From: Candidatus Methanomethylophilaceae archaeon | GTDB taxonomy: Archaea; Thermoplasmatota; Thermoplasmata; Methanomassiliicoccales; Methanomethylophilaceae | Assembly (NCBI GenBank): GCA_050950505.1 | Contig: JBMNHS010000001.1 | Coordinates: forward strand, 992,001 to 1,056,000 | Length of the DNA stretch: 64,000 nucleotides | Reading direction: 5' to 3' | Shown here: one piece after another, positions 11,066 through 21,324 of the stretch | Layout of the letters: each line of letters starts with the position of its first letter | Numbering within the stretch: the stretch's first letter is position 1 | Program-made: the position numbers and the translations under genes | The notes under the pieces: model-generated | What the model was told of the DNA's origin: nothing | What the model saw: only the letters and a program-made list of their open reading frames with translations | The model's database searches: none

Positions 11066-12472
11066 ATGTCAGAGGGGGCCACCAAAGGTACTGAGTTACT
11101 TCTCGGAAATCCGAAAAAAGCCATGATAGGCATGATGGTTCCCGTGATCGTCGCACTCACGTTTCAAAGTCTCAACAGTGTAATTAACTCAGTGTGGGTA
11201 ACGGGATTGGGCCCTGACGCTTTGGCGGCCGTGGGTATCGTTTTCCCTCTGTTTATAATCATACTTTCTGTAGGAAACGGCATAGGCATAGGTGCGTCAC
11301 AGACCGTCGCTATGTACATAGGGATGGAGGACAAAAAAGGTGCGGATCGGGCAGCTGCCCAAGCTCTTGTCCTGACTATAATCGGCGGTATCGTAATGGC
11401 GGTCGTCCTTACGATATTCCTCAAACCCATTTTGATACTGATGGGCGGGGAAAGCATCATCGATGTGTGTTACAGCTACGCGTTCCCGATTGTGTTGTTC
11501 GCGCCTGTGATGATGTTCAGCGCATTGTTTTCCAATCTGCTCAGAGCGGAAGGCGCTGCCAAAAAATCCATGGCCATTCAGATATTCGCCGCCGTGGTAA
11601 ATCTTATAATCGACCCCTTCCTGATTTACAAACCCTTCGGATTCGGTCTTGGACTGGGTATATCCGGTGCGGCTTACGGCACCGTGATCGCGATGTTGGC
11701 AAGTATGTGTATGGGACTGTACTGGTTCAAAAAGAAAGACGGAACCTATCTTACGCTGTCCCTCCGGGGGTTCAAATTCGATACCTTAATTTGCAGACAG
11801 ATTTTCAAAGTCGGAATACCGGCGAGTCTGGAGATGATGATAGTGTCCCTGGTTTCCATAGTCATGAACAACATTCTTCTCTGGGCGGGAGGATCCGATG
11901 CCGTTGCCATTTATGCCAACAGTTGGCGTATAATCAATATCCTGATGATTCCGTTGATGTCGACGGGAAGCGCCATGATTCCCGTCTGCGCCGCGGCGTT
12001 CGGAGCAAAAAGGTTCGACAGGGTGCAGGAAACTTATCGGTTCACCCTCAAATTGGTTGTGACGATAATGATCATAATCAGCATATTCACACTGTTTACC
12101 GCCAAGTACATGGTGGCCATAATATCTTACACGCCGGAGACGGTGCATCTGAGGGGACCGATGTCCCATGTGATGTATGCCGCCTGCCTGTTCCTGCCTT
12201 TTGCAAGCTGGGGTTCCACAGCCTCTGCGCTGTTCCAATCATTGACTCTCGGAACATACTCTCTTATCTGCACGCTGATAAGGAACCTGATGCAACTGCC
12301 CCTATGCATTTACCTGTTCAATTTCGGCGGAACCCTGGATTATATCTGGATGGGAATCGCCGCGGGACAGATTCTGGGTTCTCTGGTGGCAGGTATATGG
12401 GGAGAATTCGTTCTCAGGCATTTTGTCAAGAAGGCGGATGCTTACCACCCCAGAAAAGGTTCGGTCGGATGA
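11066..12472 (+). CDS. MATE family efflux transporter (tandem paralog)
   Basis: WVTGLGPDALAAV, LRAEG, NLIIDPFLI, GISGAAYGT. Confidence 0.88.
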   Translation: MSEGATKGTELLLGNPKKAMIGMMVPVIVALTFQSLNSVINSVWVTGLGPDALAAVGIVFPLFIIILSVGNGIGIGASQTVAMYIGMEDKKGADRAAAQALVLTIIGGIVMAVVLTIFLKPILILMGGESIIDVCYSYAFPIVLFAPVMMFSALFSNLLRAEGAAKKSMAIQIFAAVVNLIIDPFLIYKPFGFGLGLGISGAAYGTVIAMLASMCMGLYWFKKKDGTYLTLSLRGFKFDTLICRQIFKVGIPASLEMMIVSLVSIVMNNILLWAGGSDAVAIYANSWRIINILMIPLMSTGSAMIPVCAAAFGAKRFDRVQETYRFTLKLVVTIMIIISIFTLFTAKYMVAIISYTPETVHLRGPMSHVMYAACLFLPFASWGSTASALFQSLTLGTYSLICTLIRNLMQLPLCIYLFNFGGTLDYIWMGIAAGQILGSLVAGIWGEFVLRHFVKKADAYHPRKGSVG

Positions 12473-12525
12473 GGGCGTTCTGTTCATGTTTTTATATTCG
12501 GCATGTATTGGCTTAAACCGGTAAC

Positions 12526-14772
12526 ATGTCAAAAGTCTGTATAAACATAGCCTGGCCTTATGCCAACGGGAAAATACATCTCGGGCACGTGGCCGGATCT
12601 CTCTTACCCCCGGATATATTCAGCAGATACAACCGCCTTCTCCGCAACGAAGTTCTCATGGTCGGCGGGTCCGACCAGCACGGGACGCCGATAACCGTCA
12701 CGGCAGAAAAGCAAAAAACCACCCCTGAAGCGATTGCGGAAAAATATCATGAACTGAACAAGAAGGCCATTGAGGATCTCGGCATAGAATACTCACTTTA
12801 CAACAAGACTTACTGTGACACCCACTACGAAGTCGTCAGGGAAATGTTCCTGAAACTTCTCGAAGAAGGCTATCTTTACAAAAAAGAAACCAATCAGTAT
12901 TTCTGTGAAGAATGTGACAGATTTCTTCCCGACCGATATGTGGAAGGGGTATGTCCGTCCTGTTCCGCCGCGAAAGTCAGAAGCGATCAGTGCGACAGCT
13001 GCGGAACCACCTTCGAACCCGGGGACATTATATCCCCGGTCTGCATCCAGTGCGGAAAAACTCCCGAAATCAAAGGAACCGAACACTTCTTCCTGAAACT
13101 CAGCGCTTTCGGGGAAAGATTGAAAGAGTTTATGAAAACCAAAGATTTCTGGAGATCCAACGTAAAAACCTTCACGATGAACTGGCTAAACGAAGGTCTT
13201 CAGGACCGGGCAATAACCAGGGACATGTCCTGGGGCGTTCCCGTTCCCGTCGAAGGCTGGGACGGAAAGGTAATCTACGTCTGGTTTGACGCGGTGATAG
13301 GATACCTCAGCGCATCCGTGGAATATTCAAGGATGTGCGGCAAACCCGATCTCTGGAAAGAATATTGGCTGAACCCCGAAGTCAAACATTACTATTTCAT
13401 CGGAAAGGACAACATACCTTTTCACTCTATAATCTGGCCGGCCATGCTTATGGGCAGCGGAGACTACAATCTGCCTTATGACATTCCCGCAAACGAATAT
13501 CTTATGTTCGACGGCGGAAAACTGTCCAAGAGCAGAGGTGGCGCAATCGATGTTCTTTCCGTGCTGAAGAAATACGATGCGGATCTCGTAAGGTATTATC
13601 TGTCGGTCAACATGCCCGACACTCATGATACGGACTTTTCATGGGAAGATTTCATGATTAAGATAAACAACGAGCTTGTGGCGGTTCTGGGAAACTATTA
13701 CCACAGATGCCTCAGTTTTACCCACAAGAACTTCGGTTCCGTGCCCGAACCCGCTTCCTACGAAGAGTCAAAGGAAGTCATTGACATGATTTCTTCGGTG
13801 TTCGAAAGATACGACGGATATCTTTCCGACTGCGAATTCAAGAAAGCTCTCAGAGCGATGATGGAACTGGCTCATTTCGGAAACAAGTATTTTGACTCGT
13901 CAAAACCATGGGCACTCATAAAGACCGATAGGGAGGCCTGCGGCAGGGTCATGAACACCAATCTGCGCATCGTCAAAGCCCTGGCGGTCATGGCTTGGCC
14001 CTTCCTTCCCAAATCTTCCGAAAAAATCTGGGAATATCTCGGATCCGAAGGAACCGTCGAAGAATGCGGATATGACGGAATGACGGAACCTCTCACGGCA
14101 GGCACCGTAATCCCCGAACCGGTTCCGGTGTACAAAAAGGTCGAATTCGAAGAAGAGGACAAGAAACGTAAAGAAAAAATCAAGGAACCGGAAATCACCG
14201 GTCCCTTTGCGGAGTTCAGAAAACTCAATCTGAAATCCGCCACGATTCTGGAAGTGAACAATCATCCCGACGCGGACAAGCTCTACGTTATGAGGGTCAG
14301 CGTCGGAGAGGAGTCGCCCAGACAGATTGTCGCGGGATTGAAAGACTACTATTCTAAAGAAGATCTTACAAACAGAAATGTAATCGTTGTTTCCAACCTG
14401 AAACCGGCCAAACTGAGAGGCATTGAATCCTCGGGCATGCTGCTTGCGGCGGACGATGAGGATCTGGGCGGAAAAAGCGTACTGTTGCTGACTCCTTCCG
14501 CGGAAGTCCCGGACGGCACGGTTTTCGCTTCCGGATTCGAACCTTCATCTTCACGTTTGGAATACAAGGATTTCTTGAAAGTAAATATGAAAGTGACTTC
14601 GGTCAAAAACGGCAAACTTGCCGTCGGCCCCGAGGGAACGGAAATTCCCGACGGAAGTCCGTCTCCCGTCGTGGCGGTCATTGACGGAGAGGAAGCGGTT
14701 CTTCTCGGTGACGGAAAAGGTACTTTCGCAACTCTTGACAAGGACATCACGGACGGTGCCGGCGTAAGATGA
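12526..14772 (+). CDS. metG: Methionyl-tRNA synthetase with C-terminal tRNA-binding domain
   Basis: PYANG-HLGH (HIGH), Zn-knuckle Cys, YVWFDA, GKDNIPFH, KLSKS; HPDADKLY...NLKPAKLRGIES. Confidence 0.96.
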   Translation: MSKVCINIAWPYANGKIHLGHVAGSLLPPDIFSRYNRLLRNEVLMVGGSDQHGTPITVTAEKQKTTPEAIAEKYHELNKKAIEDLGIEYSLYNKTYCDTHYEVVREMFLKLLEEGYLYKKETNQYFCEECDRFLPDRYVEGVCPSCSAAKVRSDQCDSCGTTFEPGDIISPVCIQCGKTPEIKGTEHFFLKLSAFGERLKEFMKTKDFWRSNVKTFTMNWLNEGLQDRAITRDMSWGVPVPVEGWDGKVIYVWFDAVIGYLSASVEYSRMCGKPDLWKEYWLNPEVKHYYFIGKDNIPFHSIIWPAMLMGSGDYNLPYDIPANEYLMFDGGKLSKSRGGAIDVLSVLKKYDADLVRYYLSVNMPDTHDTDFSWEDFMIKINNELVAVLGNYYHRCLSFTHKNFGSVPEPASYEESKEVIDMISSVFERYDGYLSDCEFKKALRAMMELAHFGNKYFDSSKPWALIKTDREACGRVMNTNLRIVKALAVMAWPFLPKSSEKIWEYLGSEGTVEECGYDGMTEPLTAGTVIPEPVPVYKKVEFEEEDKKRKEKIKEPEITGPFAEFRKLNLKSATILEVNNHPDADKLYVMRVSVGEESPRQIVAGLKDYYSKEDLTNRNVIVVSNLKPAKLRGIESSGMLLAADDEDLGGKSVLLLTPSAEVPDGTVFASGFEPSSSRLEYKDFLKVNMKVTSVKNGKLAVGPEGTEIPDGSPSPVVAVIDGEEAVLLGDGKGTFATLDKDITDGAGVR

Positions 14773-15425
14773 AAGCTGACCTGCATATCCATACCACGTT
14801 TTCCAGTGACGGAAGCATAGACCCCTACGAAGCGGTGGAGCTTGCCGTCGAACGGGGTTTGGGGTGCATAGCCATTGCCGATCACAACAGCTTTGAGGCC
14901 TACGATCTGATAAAAGATGACGGAAGGCTTATCGTGGTTCCGGCCGTCGAAGTTTCTTCATCGGAAGGCCACATCCTGGCTTACGGCATCGACAGAGAAA
15001 TCGAATCAAGACTTTCCGCAAAAGAAACCATAGAGGACATCCATGATGCGGGAGGTTACGCTTTCGCGGCACACCCGTTCAGATGGTGGTCCGGACTGGG
15101 CAAGGAAGTCACTTTGGCAAATCCCTTTGACGGCATCGAGGCCGCAAACGCAAGATCGTATCGAAGGGACAACCGCAGCGCGGCGGCTCTTGCAAAAAAG
15201 ATGGACTGCCCCGTTTCCGCAGGTTCCGATGCCCACACGGCGGATCAATTGGGAAAAGGATATCTTGTTTTCCCCGACAATCTGAGAACCTGGCAGGAAG
15301 TCGTCGAAACGATGGTGTCGTCACCCATGGAAGCGGTGAGTGCCAACCGTTCCGTCATCAGCACGTTGAAATACGGAACAAGAGCAATCGGACTTTGGAT
15401 ATCCAGAGGTTTCAGAAGAATGTGA
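14769..15425 (+). CDS. PHP-domain phosphoesterase
   Basis: DLHIHT, ADHN, GHILAY, AHP, GSDAH; ATGA overlap with metG. Confidence 0.87.
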   Translation: MKADLHIHTTFSSDGSIDPYEAVELAVERGLGCIAIADHNSFEAYDLIKDDGRLIVVPAVEVSSSEGHILAYGIDREIESRLSAKETIEDIHDAGGYAFAAHPFRWWSGLGKEVTLANPFDGIEAANARSYRRDNRSAAALAKKMDCPVSAGSDAHTADQLGKGYLVFPDNLRTWQEVVETMVSSPMEAVSANRSVISTLKYGTRAIGLWISRGFRRM

Positions 15426-15427
15426 AA

Positions 15428-15446
15428 CGGCGGGAAAACCCCGCCG
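15428..15446. terminator. Hairpin between convergent PHP and tbp genes
   Basis: CGGCGGG-AAAAC-CCCGCCG followed by T-rich sequence. Confidence 0.55.
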
Positions 15447-15462
15447 ATGTTTTGGTTAAAGT

Positions 15463-16002
15463 TTATCTCATCAATCCGACGGATCTGAGTTCGGCCGCTA
15501 TTTTATCGACGGCACGGTTGACGTCCGGAGGAACCTTCGCACCGGTGCAGACCATTTTACCGCTGCTGAACAGCAGTACGACCACCTTCGGGTCATCAAG
15601 TCTGTAAACCAAACCGGGGAACTGTTCGGGTTCGTATTCGACCTTTTCAAGTCCCAGGGTTATGGCAACGGTATTCAGGTTCACTTCCTGACCGAGGTCT
15701 GCGGAAGCAACAATGTTCTGAACTTCGATTTTGGGTGTTATGGTAATCTCGATGCCGGCTTTCTCAAGATCTTTGGCTACGGTGGTCACGGCTCTTACGA
15801 CATCGTCATAATTTTTGGCTCCGGTACAGACAACTTTACCGCTTCTGAAAAGCAGGGTGGCTGTTTTCGGATCCTTGAGTCTGTAAACCAAACCGGGGAA
15901 TCTCTTGGGATTGTATTCGGCACCTTCGAGAGAAGTCTCGATAACATTCAAATCAAGTTCTCTTCCGAGATAACTCGATGCTACAACATTCTCAATTTTC
16001 AT
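15463..16002 (-). CDS. tbp: TATA-binding protein
   Basis: Two repeats of NxVAS...[13 protein letters not shown]...LLFxSGKxVCTGAK. Confidence 0.97.
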   Translation of the reverse strand: MKIENVVASSYLGRELDLNVIETSLEGAEYNPKRFPGLVYRLKDPKTATLLFRSGKVVCTGAKNYDDVVRAVTTVAKDLEKAGIEITITPKIEVQNIVASADLGQEVNLNTVAITLGLEKVEYEPEQFPGLVYRLDDPKVVVLLFSSGKMVCTGAKVPPDVNRAVDKIAAELRSVGLMR

Positions 16003-16192
16003 GATGCACCTAAAATTGCTATATAAAGCGTATTTAAATAGATTGTGTATGTTTTAAAATATCGGAGTCGGACGGGTCCGACCGTTGTACGGCGGAATGA
16101 CTGAGCGTATCCGTTCCGAAACGGGATTCAGACTCCGGAGCACAATCGGCAAAACGGATAAAACCGTAATTGCAAATCACCTTTCTTATACG

Positions 16193-16723
16193 TCATTTGA
16201 ACAGTTTATTGTAATTTTCCAAACTATGTTCTATTATCTCCACCACTTCTCCGGATCCGATCACTTCATCAACCGCAGTATCTTTTTTCTCAAGTGTTTT
16301 GTAAACGGAGAAGAAGTGAGCCATCTCGTTGAAGATGTGTTCCGGAAGATCGGATATGTCCCTGAAAGAATTATAGGTGGGATCTCCGAAAGGTATTGCT
16401 ATGACCTTTTCGTCATTCTCGCCGCTGTCAATCATTTTTATGGCGCCTATTGGATAACATCTCACCAGCGTCATGGGCGTCAAGGGCTCCGAGCAAAGCA
16501 CCAACGCGTCAAGAGGATCCCCGTCATCCGCAAAAGTCCTGGGAATAAAACCGTAATTAGCGGGATAATGCGTCGAGGTGTAAAGTATCCTGTCAAGCAT
16601 CAACATGCCGGTTTCCTTATCCAGTTCGTATTTGTTTTTGCTGCCTTTGGATATTTCCACGACCACTATGAAATCATCGGAGGATATTCTGCCGGGGTCG
16701 ATGTCATGCCATATGTTTCTCAT
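16193..16723 (-). CDS. ppa: Family I inorganic pyrophosphatase
   Basis: KYELDK, YPANYGFIP, DGDPLD, FFSVYK. Confidence 0.95.
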   Translation of the reverse strand: MRNIWHDIDPGRISSDDFIVVVEISKGSKNKYELDKETGMLMLDRILYTSTHYPANYGFIPRTFADDGDPLDALVLCSEPLTPMTLVRCYPIGAIKMIDSGENDEKVIAIPFGDPTYNSFRDISDLPEHIFNEMAHFFSVYKTLEKKDTAVDEVIGSGEVVEIIEHSLENYNKLFK

Positions 16724-16958
16724 GCCCGGGGTATTGACGGGACAATAATTAAGGGTGCTTCCGTTTTTGAAAGATATATCCGCATATATCGGAGGCCGAT
16801 GAAGAAACCAAGATGCCGCGGCAGATGTTTTATGCAGGCGCCCTCAACCGATCCGATGTATGAGACACTGTATCGGCAATACAGTACTGGCATGTTTTAA
16901 AAAGTATTGTTTTACCGATTCACAAAAGAGGGAAATCGACCGAACGGTCGTGATGAAG

Positions 16959-17032
16959 TGGGGTCGGGAGGGAGATTTGAACTCCCGTATGCGGATCTGC
17001 AGTCCGCCACATAGCCTCTGTGTTATCCCGAC
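16959..17032 (-). tRNA. tRNA-Cys(GCA), CCA encoded
   Basis: Acceptor GTCGGGA/TCCCGAC; anticodon arm GCGGA-CTGCAGA-TCCGC; T arm GGGAG-TTCAAAT-CTCCC; 3' end C-CCA. Confidence 0.93.
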
Positions 17033-17122
17033 AGCCAGACTCTCCAATGATTTGATATATTAAACAATTTCGCAGAGGGCTTATGATAACGGTTATTATC
17101 CTCTTTGTGATACACCGTGTTC

Positions 17123-17953
17123 ATGCATTGCAAGGACATATCCGTCCTCGAAGCCGATTTTCCTTTGACGGAAGAAGGAATCCGCGAAGGTCTCGTCGGA
17201 CACAGGGCCTACGTAAGGGCGAAATACGCGGTATTGTCCAAAGACGGCGAATACGCCGTAGCGGAACAGCATCTTTCCGAAGGAAAAGGTCTATTCCGCA
17301 CGATTGAGTCCGTTGATATCATAGCCCTTCCCGATGAAACCGTGTTTGTGAATCTGCCGACGGCCGACGTTCTGAACGAACCCGACAGGGCACGGATCCA
17401 AAAAGAACATCCCGGGAAAACCGTCATCGTTCAGGGGATGTTTTCCCACATCAGTTTCGTAAAAGACGTGGATTACAAAATATTGAGAATCGTTGACAGC
17501 GTTCCCCCGTACCCTTCGAAAACCGATGTGTTGGTAAGGAAGGCTCTGGGTTCCGGGTTCATCGATATTCCCATCGTGACCGAGAATCTCATCATCGATT
17601 ACAAAGATCTGCTTCCGGAAGTGAAAACCGAAGGAGTGGTGTTCCCTTGTGTCGTATCCGGTCTTGAAGCGAACATGCCGCATTACTATCTTGACACGTT
17701 TCCGGACATAGAACACGAAGTCACTTTGATCGGCTGTGAAACATCGAGAAGAATATTCATGGAACTGTACGGCCGTGACGTTCCTTTGTTGAACACCTGT
17801 CCCAAAGACCTGTGTCCCAAGGACGGTGTCAAGACCATAGCCAGATGCTGTAAAATAAAGAAAAATCACATCATCGAAGGCGATGTTGCTTTGGTGCCTT
17901 GGGGCGTCACTGTTCCGGAGATAACCGAAGCAATCAAAGATTTGTTTTCCTGA
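17123..17953 (+). CDS. Cys-rich hypothetical protein, possible metal/Fe-S binding
   Basis: Long ORF with FPC, LIGC, NTCP, RCC and VPWG motifs. Confidence 0.7.
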   Translation: MHCKDISVLEADFPLTEEGIREGLVGHRAYVRAKYAVLSKDGEYAVAEQHLSEGKGLFRTIESVDIIALPDETVFVNLPTADVLNEPDRARIQKEHPGKTVIVQGMFSHISFVKDVDYKILRIVDSVPPYPSKTDVLVRKALGSGFIDIPIVTENLIIDYKDLLPEVKTEGVVFPCVVSGLEANMPHYYLDTFPDIEHEVTLIGCETSRRIFMELYGRDVPLLNTCPKDLCPKDGVKTIARCCKIKKNHIIEGDVALVPWGVTVPEITEAIKDLFS

Positions 17954-18340
17954 TCAAAACTTTTTCCGCCCCTTGGAAAAAGCTTTGTATCCTTCTTCGG
18001 CACGTCCGATTTTGCAAAGGAGTTCTCCAAGAAGATACCAGGAATCGGAATCTTCGGGATTCAGAATCAGCATGTTCTCAAGATGCGTTATCGCTTTTTC
18101 GGTATGGCCTTTCTCTTCCAGATGGCGTGCGGCGGAACGTCCCGAAGTTTCCTCGTCTAGAATTTGAGACATTTCTCTGGAAGCCCTCTCCATAAGGACG
18201 TTCACGGAATTCTCGGTAAGCCAGGGATATCGGTTCATAATCATCTCCCTGAAGGGAGCGGCTCTTTCCGGAACTACGGTTCCGGTGCCTCTTTCGAAAA
18301 TGCTCCGGGGGACCATCACAACGAGATTTCCGTGATGCAC
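17954..18340 (-). CDS. Small TPR-containing protein
   Basis: AITHLENMLILNPEDSDSWYLLGELLCKIGRAEEG TPR pattern; start uncertain. Confidence 0.7.
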   Translation of the reverse strand: MHHGNLVVMVPRSIFERGTGTVVPERAAPFREMIMNRYPWLTENSVNVLMERASREMSQILDEETSGRSAARHLEEKGHTEKAITHLENMLILNPEDSDSWYLLGELLCKIGRAEEGYKAFSKGRKKF

Positions 18341-18371
18341 CTCGATATGCCCCTTTGGGACCTGCAGAAAA

Positions 18372-19136
18372 TCACCTCAGATTTATGATGCATCCGCACT
18401 CGTCTCTTTTCCTGCTGCCGAAATCCGAAAGTCTGTCCAACTGTTCGGAATCGAACACGGGACCGTCTTTGCAGACCCTCTCCCCGTCAATGACGCAGCA
18501 TCCGCACACTCCGGTTCCGCATTTCATATGCCTTTCGAGAGAAAGCAGACAATCGACACCGAGTTCTTTGCAGGCTTTGTGCAAAAAGAAAAGCATTATT
18601 TCAGGACCGCAGCCGATGACCAAATCATATTTTCCGGAAATTATTTTTTCCTTGGCCAATTCCACGGCGTTGCCGTGGAATCCTCTGGAACCGTCATCAG
18701 TGGATATCCAGAGATTTTTTACGTATTTTTTTACCGGTCCGTCAAGTATTATCTCTTTGTCCGAACGGGCGCCGATGATGGTGTCACATCCCGTTTCGGC
18801 GATGGCGGGCAACAGAGCCGCGGCACCCACACCGCCGGCGACGGCAAGGATTTTCTTTTTTCCCTCAAGGTTGAACCCGTTTCCGTAAGGGCCTCTTATC
18901 CGCAGACAATCCCCCTCGTTCATCTTGTGAATGGCATTCGTGGCCTCACCGATTCCTTTTACGGTGATTGATTTGATTTTGCCGGTTTTGGACAGCGACA
19001 TTGGCACCTCGTCGACACCCGGCACCCAGACCATGACAAACTGTCCCGGCACGGCAGAAACGTCCAGTTCGAAATCAAAGGTGTAGGTGTCATGGCTTTC
19101 TTTTGTTTTCTTGATTATTCTGACAACGTTAATCAT
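18372..19136 (-). CDS. pyrK: Dihydroorotate dehydrogenase electron-transfer subunit
   Basis: PGQFVMVW, RGPYGNGF, AGGVG, CGPE, ERHMKCGTGVCGCC, VCKDGPVF. Confidence 0.93.
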   Translation of the reverse strand: MINVVRIIKKTKESHDTYTFDFELDVSAVPGQFVMVWVPGVDEVPMSLSKTGKIKSITVKGIGEATNAIHKMNEGDCLRIRGPYGNGFNLEGKKKILAVAGGVGAAALLPAIAETGCDTIIGARSDKEIILDGPVKKYVKNLWISTDDGSRGFHGNAVELAKEKIISGKYDLVIGCGPEIMLFFLHKACKELGVDCLLSLERHMKCGTGVCGCCVIDGERVCKDGPVFDSEQLDRLSDFGSRKRDECGCIINLR

Positions 19137-20034
19137 GGGCAACACCCACCATGTCTTTAACGGATCCGAATCCCTGTTCATCCATGAAAGCCGAAACACC
19201 TTTGTTGACTTTATCGAAGATTTCGGTGCCGACGGTACCTACGGCGCTTCCTATTTGGAAAGCCGAAGCTCCGGCCATTACGTATTCGACGGCGTCTCTC
19301 CAGTCGGTAATGCCTCCCACGCCGATTATCGGTATGTCAACGGCATTGTAAAGATCGTAAACCGCACGGACTCCGACAGGTTTCACCCCGGGCCCGGACA
19401 AACCTCCGAATTTGTTGCTCAGTACGGGTTTGCGCAGTTCCGGACATATCACCATGGCTTTCAGCGTGTTGATTGCGACCAGGGCATCGGCGCCTCCCCT
19501 TTCCGCGGCCCGGCCCAGAGCGGGAACCGAATCGGTGTTTGGCGTGAGTTTTGCCCAGACCGGAATATCGACGGAAGATTTGACTTCGGAAACCACGGAA
19601 GTTATCATTTCGGGGACCGAACCTATTTCTGCGCCGTAGCCCGCGGCATGGGGACAGGACAGATTCAATTCAACGGCAACCGCGCCGTATTCTTCCATTT
19701 TGGAAGCCAGATATGCAAATTCTTTTTCATCGCCCCCGAACACAGATCCCACCACGGGACCTTCGGCGGAGGCCATTCCGACTTCTGCTTCAAACAAATC
19801 GATGCCCGGGTTCGGCAATCCCATGGCATTCACGTATCCGCATCCGACTTCCGTGAATGTCGGATTGGCATGGCCGGGGCGGGGTTCGGAACCGATGGAT
19901 TTGGTTACCACCGCTCCCGCGCCGGATTTAAACATGCGGACCATTGAATCTCCCGTTTCATCCATTATGCCCGATGCGACGATTCCCGGAAACCTGAAAT
20001 TCAGTTTGCCGACGGTTACTTCCAATTTTCCCAT
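19129..20034 (-). CDS. pyrD: Dihydroorotate dehydrogenase catalytic subunit (family 1B)
   Basis: NAMGLPNPG, ELNLSCPH, AKLTPN, INT, GGLSG; real start at MGKLEV (20034). Confidence 0.94.
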   Translation of the reverse strand: MGKLEVTVGKLNFRFPGIVASGIMDETGDSMVRMFKSGAGAVVTKSIGSEPRPGHANPTFTEVGCGYVNAMGLPNPGIDLFEAEVGMASAEGPVVGSVFGGDEKEFAYLASKMEEYGAVAVELNLSCPHAAGYGAEIGSVPEMITSVVSEVKSSVDIPVWAKLTPNTDSVPALGRAAERGGADALVAINTLKAMVICPELRKPVLSNKFGGLSGPGVKPVGVRAVYDLYNAVDIPIIGVGGITDWRDAVEYVMAGASAFQIGSAVGTVGTEIFDKVNKGVSAFMDEQGFGSVKDMVGVAHD

Positions 20035-20112
20035 TGGCACGGGATATGCCTTCCACATTAAAAACCCGTTCAGATGCATAAATGTAAAGAACAGGAGTAT
20101 CATGGCCTTTTC

Positions 20113-21324
20113 ATGGACCTGACGGCACTCCGCGGAGACTTCCCTACCATGAGGGACGGCAAAGGCGTCTACTTGGACAGCGCCTGCCAATCCCTGCGTC
20201 CCGACAAAGTCATTCAAGCCATCACCCGGTATTATGAAGAAACCCCCACCTGCGGAGGCAGAAGCGTTCACGGCATGGGTTCCAAAGTATCCATAACCGT
20301 TGACGAAACAAGGGAGACGTTGGCGGAATTCTTCAACACCGACGATTCCGGCTGTTACTCTTTCTGCAGAAACACCACCGAAGCGCTGAACACCATAGCT
20401 TTCGGACTTCCTTTCAACCCCGGAGATGCCGTGATGACTTCCGATTCGGAGCACAACTCCAATCATGTTCCCTGGCTGATACTGGCGGAAAAGAAAGGAT
20501 TGAAAAGAAGATACGCCAAAACCACCGAAGAAGGGGAATTCGATCTGGAAGCTTTCAAGGAATCCATGGACGGCAGCGTCAAAGCGGTGTCCGTGCAACA
20601 TGCCAGCAACGTGACCGGGTGCACCATGCCAGTCAAAGAAATCGTTGAAATCGCACGGGATTACGGAGCGGTTTCCATCATTGACGGGGCGCAGGCGGCA
20701 CCTCACATGAAAGTCGACCTGAGCGACATAGATCCGGATTTTTATTGCATGTCCGTACACAAGATGCTCGGACCTTCGGGGATGGGCGTGATGTACGGAA
20801 AGTCCGAGTGTTTGGAAAAACTCAGTCCGTTGATTTACGGGGGCGGAACGGTAGGGATAACCACATACGAATCTGTCAGACTGGCACCCCATCCCGAGAA
20901 GTTTGAAGCAGGATTGCAGGACTATGCGGGAATCGCAGGCACCAAAGCCGCGTTGGAATATCTCATGGACGTGGGAATGGAAAACATAGAAAAACACAAC
21001 AGGATGCTGATGAGAAAAATAGATTCCGGCACCGAAGGCATCGAAGGACTGAAAGTGCTCGGTCCGAAGAATCCAGACAGACGGGGCAGCGTGTTCTCCT
21101 TCAACGTTGACGGAATGTCCCCTCATGACATAGCCGTCATTCTCGACGAAATGGACGGAATCATGATCCGTTCCGGTCTGCACTGCGCTCATCCGATGTT
21201 CGAAGGCAAAGGAATCAAAGGCAGCGCCCGGGCTTCGGTTTATCTCTACAACAATGAGGAAGACATCGAACGTTTCTGCAACGCATTAAGAAAAGCCGCA
21301 GAAATATTCGGCGACAAATCATAA
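20113..21324 (+). CDS. PLP-dependent cysteine desulfurase (SufS-type)
   Basis: YLDSAC, NTTEALN, EHNSN, DGAQ, HKMLG, RSGLHCAHP. Confidence 0.9.
   Translation: MDLTALRGDFPTMRDGKGVYLDSACQSLRPDKVIQAITRYYEETPTCGGRSVHGMGSKVSITVDETRETLAEFFNTDDSGCYSFCRNTTEALNTIAFGLPFNPGDAVMTSDSEHNSNHVPWLILAEKKGLKRRYAKTTEEGEFDLEAFKESMDGSVKAVSVQHASNVTGCTMPVKEIVEIARDYGAVSIIDGAQAAPHMKVDLSDIDPDFYCMSVHKMLGPSGMGVMYGKSECLEKLSPLIYGGGTVGITTYESVRLAPHPEKFEAGLQDYAGIAGTKAALEYLMDVGMENIEKHNRMLMRKIDSGTEGIEGLKVLGPKNPDRRGSVFSFNVDGMSPHDIAVILDEMDGIMIRSGLHCAHPMFEGKGIKGSARASVYLYNNEEDIERFCNALRKAAEIFGDKS

Noticed and set aside
9650-12472. Tandem MATE genes as a resistance island
   Set aside because: Highly diverged paralogs in a housekeeping context with no mobility signs.
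16844-17063. Two 67-aa ORFs
   Set aside because: Both overlap tRNA-Cys.
20035-21192. 687-aa ORF suggesting a large N-terminal fusion to PyrD
   Set aside because: The extension is the antisense shadow of the cysteine desulfurase gene; PyrD similarity starts at 20034.
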